From a virus, in IMG/VR virus record IMGVR_UViG_3300032287_002972, positions 64,001 through 128,000 of that record: 64,000 bases of DNA; one strand, 5' to 3'. Under the pieces are notes generated by a model that had not been told where the DNA came from, did not search any database, and worked only from the letters and a program-made list of their open reading frames with translations. This document shows, one piece after another, positions 50,043 to 58,499 of the stretch. Position 1 is the stretch's first letter. Each line of letters begins with the position of its first letter. The position numbers and the translations under genes were made by a program.

Positions 50043-50259
50043 AATAAAACAAAATAAAAAAAATCCCCGTATTAAAAACACGGGGATTTTTTTATGCTTA
50101 ATTGAATTTAGTGGGGCAAGGATTGGAACGGGGGTTGCCCCACTAATTTCAAACTACGCAGTTACCTGTATCAAAAAAATACTTATAAAAAAAATATAAA
50201 AAATATTTGGTTATATCAAATATTTGTTTTATCTTTGTCGAAACAAAAAACGATAAACA

Positions 50260-51015
50260 ATGAATTATTTGAATCGACCCAACGCAAAGAAATTAACGGG
50301 ACTAAATTATTTAGGTTCTATTAATCTAACAACGAAACACGCTAAGGCGTACGACTACAATGAACTAACCTATTCACTTTATTTGGCACCCGCTAAAATG
50401 AGTGGTTATGAGGTTTGTCCTAAAAGGAATGAGGAGTGTACCTCTTTATGTTTAAACGAATCGGGAATGAATCGTATTGACGTAAAGAAAAACAGAATCA
50501 ATGAATCGAGGATTAAAAAAACAAAACTATTTTTTGAAGAAAGGGAATTTTTTGTAAATTGGTTAATCGATGAAATTTCCATTGCGAAAAGGAAATCTGA
50601 AATTGTGGGTTATAAATTTAGTGTTAGGTTAAATAACACGTCGGATATTTCACCCGAATTATTTTACACTATGATTGACGGTAAAAAGAAAAACATATTG
50701 GAAATATTTCCTGATGTTCAATTCTACGATTATACGAAAGTATATAACAGAATTAAACTAACTAAAAAATATCCTAATTACGACCTCACATTTTCATTCA
50801 GTGGTTATAATTTTGATGAGTGTATTGAATCCTTAAATAATGACGTTCGTGTTGCCGTGGTCTTTAAAAAAGTACCTGAAAAATTTTGGGGTTATGAAGT
50901 CATTGACGGTGACAAATATGACATGAGGTACAAAGATGGAAAAAATGTTATTGTGGGTTTGAAATTTAAAACAGTTAGAAATAAAATTAAAGAAAATTAT
51001 AAATTCGTTGTTTAA
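50260..51015 (+). CDS. GP88-like phage protein
   Basis: LYLAP, CP....C...CL, VRLNNTSDI, QFYDYTK, YDLTFS, DGD..D.R, VGLKFK. Confidence 0.8.
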   Translation: MNYLNRPNAKKLTGLNYLGSINLTTKHAKAYDYNELTYSLYLAPAKMSGYEVCPKRNEECTSLCLNESGMNRIDVKKNRINESRIKKTKLFFEEREFFVNWLIDEISIAKRKSEIVGYKFSVRLNNTSDISPELFYTMIDGKKKNILEIFPDVQFYDYTKVYNRIKLTKKYPNYDLTFSFSGYNFDECIESLNNDVRVAVVFKKVPEKFWGYEVIDGDKYDMRYKDGKNVIVGLKFKTVRNKIKENYKFVV

Positions 51016-51176
51016 TCTTTTTGTTTTATTCCGTACCATTTATTTGGTACGGATTTTTTATAATCTAATTTAGATTTAATTTGGTAAGGACTGTCATACA
51101 ACACAAAAAAAATATAAAATATATTTGGTTATATGGATTATTCTTTTTATCTTTGTCTTAATAAAAAAACATAAAC

Positions 51177-51458
51177 ATGAATGAAGTAACGAGAGCAAAA
51201 GAAGTTTTAAAAAACGCAGGTTATTTTGTGGATAACCTTTGGTGTAATGATGACATTGAATCTTTTTTTACTAATGTATCTAAAGAAGACTGTCAAAAAG
51301 TATTAAACAGAGCGTTAACCAATGATGCAACAATGGAACAAATTTGGTACGCAATCGAATCTGTTGGTGAAGACATGGGGTTAAAACGTACTGACTATGA
51401 GGAGGACGACAACACTTGTTCGTACTGTGGAAGAAAGGATTGTGTGAAACATGATTAA
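51177..51458 (+). CDS. Hypothetical protein
   Basis: Promoter-ORF-terminator; CSYC tail. Confidence 0.7.
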   Translation: MNEVTRAKEVLKNAGYFVDNLWCNDDIESFFTNVSKEDCQKVLNRALTNDATMEQIWYAIESVGEDMGLKRTDYEEDDNTCSYCGRKDCVKHD

Positions 51459-51603
51459 TTTATTTGGGTAGGATAATTTTCCTACCCTTTTTTATTGTTC
51501 GATTTGAATTTATGTATTACCTACATTACAAAAAATAATTATAAAAAATGTTTGGTTATATGGAAAAGTATGTTTATCTTTGTCTAAACAAAAAACAATT
51601 ACT

Positions 51604-51972
51604 ATGAAAAATGAATTTATCCCGTTTCAACAAGCGTTGGAACTAAAAGAATTAGGATTTGATGAACCCTGTTTAGGTAAATTTTACTATAATCATTTAG
51701 AAATTGGAGGAAATTGGCGTAATGATGATTTTAAAGAAGACCCTGATATTTTTATTTCGGCGCCACTATACCAACAAACATTTAGGTGGTTTAGGGAAAA
51801 ACATAGTTTATTTCATTCAATAGACCCACTTGGATATAATATGTGTTTAGGACTTGTAGGTCAATTAGGGAAATTAAAATCTTGTAATGTACCTAATTAT
51901 GGTACTTATGAAGAGGCGGAACTTGAATGTACTAAAGAATTAATCTCAATAGTGAAAACAAAAAAGAACTAA
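51604..51972 (+). CDS. ALELKELGFDEPC family protein, copy 1
   Basis: Shared N-terminus, PLYQQ.F.WFREK, TYEEAE. Confidence 0.75.
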   Translation: MKNEFIPFQQALELKELGFDEPCLGKFYYNHLEIGGNWRNDDFKEDPDIFISAPLYQQTFRWFREKHSLFHSIDPLGYNMCLGLVGQLGKLKSCNVPNYGTYEEAELECTKELISIVKTKKN

Positions 51973-51973
51973 A

Positions 51974-52381
51974 ATGGAAAATGAATTTATCCCGTTTCAA
52001 CAAGCGTTGGAACTAAAAGAATTAGGATTTGATGAACCCTGTTTTGGTAAAATCTATGCTGATGGTGGAAGTGAACAATTATCGTACCCTTATAAAAATA
52101 GTGACCAAATAGGGAAAGTAACAAGTTGTTCCGCACCACTATACCAACAAGTATTTAGATGGTTTCGGGAGAAGTACAATTTGAGAGGATTTATAGGGTT
52201 TAGACCAAATATAAAACAATTTGATTATCATATCTATGATATGTCTTTGTCAGGTAAGGAATATGTTAAACAAAGAACTTATGAAGAGTTTCAGAAAGAC
52301 CCTAAATTCGGAACTTACGAAGAAGCAGAACTCGAATGTACTAAAGAATTAATCTCAATAGTGAAAAATAAATATAAATAA
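51974..52381 (+). CDS. ALELKELGFDEPC family protein, copy 2
   Basis: Same motifs as copy 1. Confidence 0.75.
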   Translation: MENEFIPFQQALELKELGFDEPCFGKIYADGGSEQLSYPYKNSDQIGKVTSCSAPLYQQVFRWFREKYNLRGFIGFRPNIKQFDYHIYDMSLSGKEYVKQRTYEEFQKDPKFGTYEEAELECTKELISIVKNKYK

Positions 52382-52436
52382 TATTTGGTTATATGGAAAA
52401 GTATGTTTATCTTTGTCTAAACAAAAAATAATAACA

Positions 52437-52847
52437 ATGAGAAGAATTAAAGTTAGATTTTCCTTACAACGTGGGGAGAATTACATGAAGTGGAAAGTAG
52501 TTGATAGTGACGGAACTGTTACTTATTATTCACCATGTGATACACAACTAATCATGCGGGGGTGTACTTTGAAAAACAATACAAAACTATCTGAAAAGAT
52601 TTTCAATGGTACGTCAACTAAGAACATATGTGGTTGGATTTTATGTGAAAGTATTGAGATTAACCATTCCGATTTTATTAAAGAATCGGATTTTAAAATC
52701 AAATACAACCCTAAAATTGCACCGTACTGGATGTTCTTAGGTGAGAATGTTGACAATAGAGAAATTTCATATATTGTTTCTGTTGACTACAAACTATGTA
52801 TTGACTTAATTCCCGACGCGATGAAATTAGGGGGCTACAAAGGTTAA
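52437..52847 (+). CDS. Hypothetical phage protein
   Basis: KVRF.L.RGENYMKW...YNP. Confidence 0.7.
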   Translation: MRRIKVRFSLQRGENYMKWKVVDSDGTVTYYSPCDTQLIMRGCTLKNNTKLSEKIFNGTSTKNICGWILCESIEINHSDFIKESDFKIKYNPKIAPYWMFLGENVDNREISYIVSVDYKLCIDLIPDAMKLGGYKG

Positions 52848-52963
52848 TATCGGTATCACAAACTTTTATTCAATTATGTAAAAAATAGTTGAATAAAAGT
52901 TTGGAAAATAAAAACATTAACTTTATATTTGTATATTATTTATAACCAAAAAAAATTAGAACA

Positions 52964-53509
52964 ATGGGATTAGACATGTATTTGTACAAAAAATCGTATG
53001 TACAAAATTGGGATCATCATGAACCAAAAGAAAAACATACAATTACTGTTAAACTTGGTGAAAATATCCGAGAGGATATTAAACCAGAACGTATTACCTA
53101 CATAGTTGAAGAAGTTGGGTATTGGAGAAAGTTCAATGCGTTACACTATTGGTTTGTTGAAAATTGTCAAGATGGGGTCGATGATGGAAGAGAACATTAT
53201 GTTACAATGAATCAAATGAAAGAATTATTGGACACTCTTAATGAGGTTAAGAACTTATTAGATAAATCTAAATTAGTTTCTAAAGTTTCAAAAGATTGGC
53301 AAGGTAATGAAATTACTGTTGAATGTTTCGAGTGTGAAAACGAAGTTATGGATATTCTACCCCCAATGGAAGGGTTTTTCTTTGGTGGAACTGATATAGA
53401 CCAATACTACAAAAACCAAATTGAAAGAAGTATCGATATTATTCAAGAGTTGATTAATGAAACAGATAACGGAAAAAGTTCTGAATTTCATTATCACGCA
53501 TCATGGTAA
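52964..53509 (+). CDS. Conserved phage protein
   Basis: MGLDMYL...YWRKFNALH.WF...GFFFG...YHASW. Confidence 0.75.
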   Translation: MGLDMYLYKKSYVQNWDHHEPKEKHTITVKLGENIREDIKPERITYIVEEVGYWRKFNALHYWFVENCQDGVDDGREHYVTMNQMKELLDTLNEVKNLLDKSKLVSKVSKDWQGNEITVECFECENEVMDILPPMEGFFFGGTDIDQYYKNQIERSIDIIQELINETDNGKSSEFHYHASW

Positions 53510-53569
53510 AATGATTTATGGTACGGTCTTCATTGACCGTACCTTTCTTTAAAAACAAAATAGATTAAT

Positions 53570-53911
53570 ATGGAAAAGGAATTTGTAAGTTATGAAATAG
53601 CGTTAGAACTTAAACAGTTGGATTTTGACGAACCATGTTTAGCGTCTTGGAATTTTCGAACAAAAGATTTTTATTACAACGGTCAACCGTCAAAATTTAG
53701 TAGTGAAGACGTAATACAATTACCATTGTACCAACAAGTGTTTACATGGTTTAGAGAAAAGTACGGTATTTATGGGTCTCCAGAAAAATTTGACGAAAAA
53801 ACATGGTGGATCGAATGGGGGGGTTGGAATAGTTCTATTTGTGAAACTTATAAAGAAGCTGAAAACGAATGGTTATTGAAATTGATTGAAGCCGTAAAAG
53901 AATCTATTTGA
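53570..53911 (+). CDS. ALELKELGFDEPC family protein, copy 3
   Basis: EFVSYEIALELKQLDFDEPC, PLYQQVFTWFREK. Confidence 0.75.
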   Translation: MEKEFVSYEIALELKQLDFDEPCLASWNFRTKDFYYNGQPSKFSSEDVIQLPLYQQVFTWFREKYGIYGSPEKFDEKTWWIEWGGWNSSICETYKEAENEWLLKLIEAVKESI

Positions 53912-54034
53912 GATTAAAGAGTGTAGTACAAACTTTCATTCACATAAAAAATAATTGAACAAAAGTTTGGAAATTAAAAATATTAACTTTATATTTGTAT
54001 ATTATTTATAACCAAAAAAACAAAACAGGTTAAA

Positions 54035-54343
54035 ATGAAAAAGACAACATTATCTGCTGGTGGGACATCTTATCATGGTGTAAACATTACAACAACAGTT
54101 CAACAATTAATTGATATTCTTGGTGAACCAACTCATGTTGAAAACACGGGAGAAGACAAAACTAATTTTGATTGGAACTGTATTACAAATAATGGTGACG
54201 TTGTTACCATTTATGACTGGAAAGAATATAGACCGATTAGTGAAGATGAAGTAATTGAATTTCATATTGGTGGATATACTTTAAGTCCCACATTAGATGC
54301 ACAAAAAGAATTATTAGAAATGATCTCAAATAGATTAAAATGA
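54035..54343 (+). CDS. Conserved phage protein
   Basis: GTS..G.....L...LGEP...DK...W...TIYDWK...HIGG. Confidence 0.75.
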   Translation: MKKTTLSAGGTSYHGVNITTTVQQLIDILGEPTHVENTGEDKTNFDWNCITNNGDVVTIYDWKEYRPISEDEVIEFHIGGYTLSPTLDAQKELLEMISNRLK

Positions 54344-54651
54344 TAAATGAACTTAATGACAAAATTACAGAAGAATTTGGTTTAGATTTCGATCAATTGT
54401 TAGATACTAACAATATGATTGAAGACTCTTACAAAAAACATAGAAGAGATTCAACTTTTTGGAAACAAACTATCATTGGAATTAATGTGAATAATTATCC
54501 ACATATTAATAAAGAACTATATGGTTTTTGGGAAACTAATATATATGTTTGGAGTGATGAATATGGTTTCGACAAAAGAGATATTATTACTTTAAACAGG
54601 GTAGAACCAAAAGAAAGAACTATTATTCAAAAATATTGGGAAGAGGTGTAA
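54340..54651 (+). CDS. Hypothetical protein
   Basis: ATGA-coupled ORF. Confidence 0.65.
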   Translation: MINELNDKITEEFGLDFDQLLDTNNMIEDSYKKHRRDSTFWKQTIIGINVNNYPHINKELYGFWETNIYVWSDEYGFDKRDIITLNRVEPKERTIIQKYWEEV

Positions 54652-54658
54652 AAAGATT

Positions 54659-54735
54659 AGTCAGGTGGCTGAATTGGAGACAGAGGCACTCCGTTAGATG
54701 ACGGGTGGATACAGGTTCGAATCCTGTCCTGACTA
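54659..54735 (+). ncRNA. tRNA-sized pseudo-tRNA with non-canonical anticodon loop
   Basis: AGTCAGG/CCTGACT, ACAGG-TTCGAAT-CCTGT; middle stem TCCGT/ACGGG closes a 6-nt loop. Confidence 0.65.
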
Positions 54736-54759
54736 CAAAAACAAACAAAATAAATTAAT

Positions 54760-55101
54760 ATGAGTGGAGGATTTTTTAACTACGACCAATCTCGGATACG
54801 GAATATAATTGATTCCATTGAAGATTTGATTGAAAATAATGGTAGACCTAAAACAGAACAAGAACTAAAAGATGGTTCTTGGGGTTATGCTAATTACAAG
54901 GAGTATTACGAAATATATCCTGGAGAAAGGTTTTGGCATAGGTATCCTGATGAAGTCATTGAAGAGTTTAAAAAAGGATTAACTTATTTAAAAATTAGTT
55001 ATGTCTATGCTAAACGGATCGATTGGTTAGTGTCAGGTGACGATGGTAATGAATCTTTTCTAAAAAGATTAGAAAAAGAATTAAGTGACCTTGAAAAATA
55101 G
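54760..55101 (+). CDS. Conserved phage protein
   Basis: MSGG.FNY...RIDWLVSGDDG.ESF. Confidence 0.75.
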   Translation: MSGGFFNYDQSRIRNIIDSIEDLIENNGRPKTEQELKDGSWGYANYKEYYEIYPGERFWHRYPDEVIEEFKKGLTYLKISYVYAKRIDWLVSGDDGNESFLKRLEKELSDLEK

Positions 55102-55290
55102 ATTAATATGAATGAAACAAAAATGGTTGAACAACCTGTTGTAACTATCGACAACTTTTATCATGGTGAAAATGTACTTGTAGTACACTCACACATTAAC
55201 TCAAAAGGAAAGATGATATTGAACAAAGTCGAGGCGTCTTTGTTATTATTGGAACTTTACAAGTTTATTAAATCTTAAAAAACAAATAAG

Positions 55291-55512
55291 ATGGAATTTA
55301 CATTAGAAGAAAAAATGAAGGCAATCTTCAACTCAGGAAATGTTGTTAAGGTTGAAAAAGTAATAAGAACAAAAAGTGGGGGTACGTATTACAAATATGT
55401 TTGGGACGTTGATGGAACAAAATCAAGAAATTGGTTTGGGTTCGACACTCTCGATGAGTGCGTTGAGGATTGTTTAACATATTTAACTATAATTAACTAT
55501 AAATTAAAATGA
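55291..55512 (+). CDS. Hypothetical protein
   Basis: ORF with A-rich leader. Confidence 0.6.
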   Translation: MEFTLEEKMKAIFNSGNVVKVEKVIRTKSGGTYYKYVWDVDGTKSRNWFGFDTLDECVEDCLTYLTIINYKLK

Positions 55513-55712
55513 ACGAACAATTAATTACCGAATTAATTAAAATCAAATCTGATGCTGGTGTACAATTAACCGATAGGGAACTGGCCATTAGATGGTGGGG
55601 TAGATTATCCACAACTGAACAAGAAGAAGTTCTCAGTAATTCTAATATGGTAATACGTCCAATTGATGATTATGATATAATGTATTGGTTATGGTTAAAC
55701 CAACAAAAATGA
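55509..55712 (+). CDS. Hypothetical protein
   Basis: ATGA-coupled ORF. Confidence 0.6.
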   Translation: MNEQLITELIKIKSDAGVQLTDRELAIRWWGRLSTTEQEEVLSNSNMVIRPIDDYDIMYWLWLNQQK

Positions 55713-56062
55713 AAGAAAGAAATTTTATTAACTAAAATAAAAACTTTAAAATTATGATAGTAAAAATTATTTATTTATTGTTTACAATTTTCATTATATT
55801 TGCATTAGGATTTGAAGTTGGTAGAAGTGTTGGTATTCATCAAGTTAAGAAAATAATAGATAAGTGGAGTTAATCGTAAGGTGAAAATCGAATCCTGTCC
55901 TGACTACAAATAAATAAATAAATAAATGAAAAATTTAAAATCAAAAGAATCTAAGGTTGGAACTTTGTCAACTTGTAAATGTAATTATATTTTGACAACG
56001 GAACAAGGACATAGAGTGATTAAATGTTTAAAATGTGGTGATGTAAAACCTATTTAATAAAT

Positions 56063-56191
56063 AGTCAGGTGGCGGAATTGGTAGACGCAAGAAGGAGTAA
56101 CTTTAGAGTGAGAAGTAATCAGCCTCATTGATGGGTGAAAGTTCCAAGTGCCGGTGATTTGGAGATACAGGTTCGAATCCTGTCCTGACTA
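56063..56191 (+). ncRNA. tRNA-like RNA with about 78 nt of structured insert replacing the anticodon and variable arms
   Basis: AGTCAGG TGGCGGAATTGGTAGACGC ... ACAGGTTCGAATCCTGT CCTGACT. Confidence 0.7.
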
Positions 56192-56509
56192 CAAAAACAA
56201 AATAGATTAATATGATAAGTGAAATAATACTACTCATTCAGATGTTCATATTAGGTTTTCTACTTGGTATATTGAGTGTCATTAAAAAGAATTCAGAAAA
56301 AGATTGAATCTTTATGAAAAACAAACGTGTAACTATCGACAAGATAATAGATAACGATGTAAAAAGAAAGATGGTTAAAGAAATAAGGGACAGGGGTATC
56401 ACAAATCATATGTATATTCACAGTCGATTATATTTACCGATCTTAAATCGTCTTAGACAAATGGTCGACTTCAACAGTCTCTTAAAATTTTAAAACAAAT
56501 TAGTGCGGC

Positions 56510-56968
56510 ATGAAAAAAATTACAAATGGTGTTTTTACACCAATTATTGAAACCTCAAGTAGAAAGAGTTCTTTTGAATGTTTTATTACTAACATTGGAA
56601 ATGAAAATGGTCCTTTGTTGAACTCATTGTTAGAACAATATAAAGAACATATTTATGAACATGAAGAATTGTTCAATCAACTAGCTTACCTCGAAGAACT
56701 TATTATCCAAATTAAAATTCGGGAGAACATGGATGAGATTAAATTATTTATTGTTCGTGATTATATCTACGCAAGAACAACATTCTTTACTAAGGAAAAA
56801 GAAAGATCCGAAATTAGAACAATCGTAGATAGATTGGATAAGTATCCATATAAAACAATCGAAGATTTAAATAAGGACACTTTCTTTATGTCTATGGTTT
56901 CCAAGAAACTCAAAGCAATGATGGATATCGAAATAGAAAAAAATGTAAAAGTCGTTTCTGAAGTATGA
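56510..56968 (+). CDS. Hypothetical protein
   Basis: 152-aa ORF. Confidence 0.65.
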   Translation: MKKITNGVFTPIIETSSRKSSFECFITNIGNENGPLLNSLLEQYKEHIYEHEELFNQLAYLEELIIQIKIRENMDEIKLFIVRDYIYARTTFFTKEKERSEIRTIVDRLDKYPYKTIEDLNKDTFFMSMVSKKLKAMMDIEIEKNVKVVSEV

Positions 56969-57405
56969 AAAAAAATAATTTTATTAAAACAATCAAACCA
57001 TCACAGTTAACAAACATAGTATGGTTTGTATTACCTTTCGTATCTTTAATTTTCCCTCCACTGGTAGTCCCCGCACTGATATTTGCTTGGTACAAATTTT
57101 TCGACGTGGATACTTGGTCATATAATTTCTATGAGAGAACCATAGAAGAACGTAGAGGTGTGTTCAATGTATCACAAGAAGAAGTTCAGTACTATAGGAT
57201 TAAATCCATAATGGTAGAAGAACCATTGTGGATGAGATTGTTCGGTCTGTGTGTGATTCACATAATAACCTCAGAACAGTTTAAACCACGTATGACAATC
57301 TATGCTGTGTATGACGGAGAATATATTAGAGAAATGATCTCCGGTCTAACCTATGACTGGAGATTGAAAATGAACATTAGAGATCACGATATTTATAATA
57401 TATAA
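56965..57405 (+). CDS. Bacterial PH-domain (bPH_2/DUF304-like) membrane protein
   Basis: Two TMs, then RGVFN....EVQYYRIKSI.VE.PLWMRLFGL. Confidence 0.8.
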   Translation: MKKNNFIKTIKPSQLTNIVWFVLPFVSLIFPPLVVPALIFAWYKFFDVDTWSYNFYERTIEERRGVFNVSQEEVQYYRIKSIMVEEPLWMRLFGLCVIHIITSEQFKPRMTIYAVYDGEYIREMISGLTYDWRLKMNIRDHDIYNI

Positions 57406-57413
57406 TATATTAC

Positions 57414-57995
57414 ATGAGTAAAGACATTAGAAAAATAATCGATAAGGTCAGGAACTTTACAATTAATGAAAGTGAAAAAACACTTGAGGATTTTTATGTG
57501 GAAAATAATATTGACCCCGAAGAATTATCCTACTTAGGTAAGGGTGACTTCGGGGTCGCCTATTCCACAAATGATGGTCGTGTCCTGAAACGGACAACCA
57601 GTAAAAGTGAATTTAGTGCGGCAAAGGAAATGGAACAATCCGATTCCCCCGTTTTAAATTCATTTGTAAAAATATATAAAACAGAAATCATTAAAGGTGA
57701 AATGTATATTCTTCAGGAAGAACTCATAGAAGATTCCCACATAGAAAATCTTTACTATGAACTAAAATCTTATTTAGATGACCAAGGTTTACCCATACAA
57801 TATCTTCACTATCTAGATACCGATGATCTAGAAATCTCAGATGAACTACAAAAATTTATGGATGATATCGATGATATAAATAGAGCATACCGATACCTAG
57901 GAATAGAAGCGTCAGATATTAGACCCGAAAATTTAGGTTACTCCGAAGATGGGAAACTTAAAGCGTTCGATATAGATAACAATCAAAGAAACTAA
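57414..57995 (+). CDS. Protein-kinase-like enzyme with virion-type leader
   Basis: LGKGDFGVAY, VLK, E, DIRPENLG, AFD; MSKDIRKIIDKVRNFTINE; upstream ATATTTATA. Confidence 0.8.
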   Translation: MSKDIRKIIDKVRNFTINESEKTLEDFYVENNIDPEELSYLGKGDFGVAYSTNDGRVLKRTTSKSEFSAAKEMEQSDSPVLNSFVKIYKTEIIKGEMYILQEELIEDSHIENLYYELKSYLDDQGLPIQYLHYLDTDDLEISDELQKFMDDIDDINRAYRYLGIEASDIRPENLGYSEDGKLKAFDIDNNQRN

Positions 57996-58144
57996 TCTAT
58001 TTTAAATCGGAGATTTATTTATTTACCCCCCTTAGATAGACTTTTCATATTAATCTATTCTATTGTCCCACTCGGTCCATGTATCACAACCATACATGTA
58101 TGACAGGTTATATTATATATATAACATATATATAATTATATCTA

Positions 58145-58166
58145 TAATGTTCCACGTGGAACATTA
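58145..58166. promoter_or_regulatory. parS: parS-like perfect palindrome
   Basis: TAA-TGTTCCACGTGGAACA-TTA; close to the chromosomal parS consensus TGTTTCACGTGAAACA. Confidence 0.7.
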
Positions 58167-58499
58167 ATTTAATATAACAGTTTAAAAATTATAGAGTTAT
58201 ATCGATGAGTGGGACATGGGACAATCTCCAGTGTACTGGACCCAGTGTAATAGTAGTGTTATTATTTCCTGATCCATGTATTCCCAGACGGAAAAACGAA
58301 CCATATATACGAATATAAAATCACAATTTGTAATACGACAATACTTCCTATTTTTTAACCCAAAAAAACCACATTATATACTGTTTTTACCCCTACGTAT
58401 GACACAATATTTTTGGTTTAAAAAACCATTAGGGGTGTCTCTTTTCTTCCGAGTAGAGAACCCCAACATAATGTTTTTATGTATGACAGTAAGGTGATA

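Larger units (their letters stand above)
27762..50149. repeat. Dispersed palindrome family TAGTGGGGCAA-(15-49 nt)-TTGCCCCACTA, about 25 copies
   Basis: Copies near 27762, 28259, 28771, 29257, 29788, 30297, 31390, 32025, 32937, 33516, 34388, 35036, 35512, 36329, 36951, 37350 (half), 37858, 38545, 40307, 41016, 41681, 42462, 46575, 48957, 50105; each lies between a terminator and the next promoter. Confidence 0.95.

Noticed and set aside
27762-50149. CRISPR array formed by GGGGCAA repeats with variable spacers
   Set aside because: The repeats are inverted pairs separated by whole genes, spacers recur, and no cas genes are present in the window
48017-56191. Functional tRNA-Leu or tRNA-Ser genes, tmRNA, or group I intron-containing tRNAs
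   Set aside because: No 5-bp stem with 7-nt anticodon loop can be drawn, and the inserts are too short for a group I intron or a tmRNA mRNA-like domain
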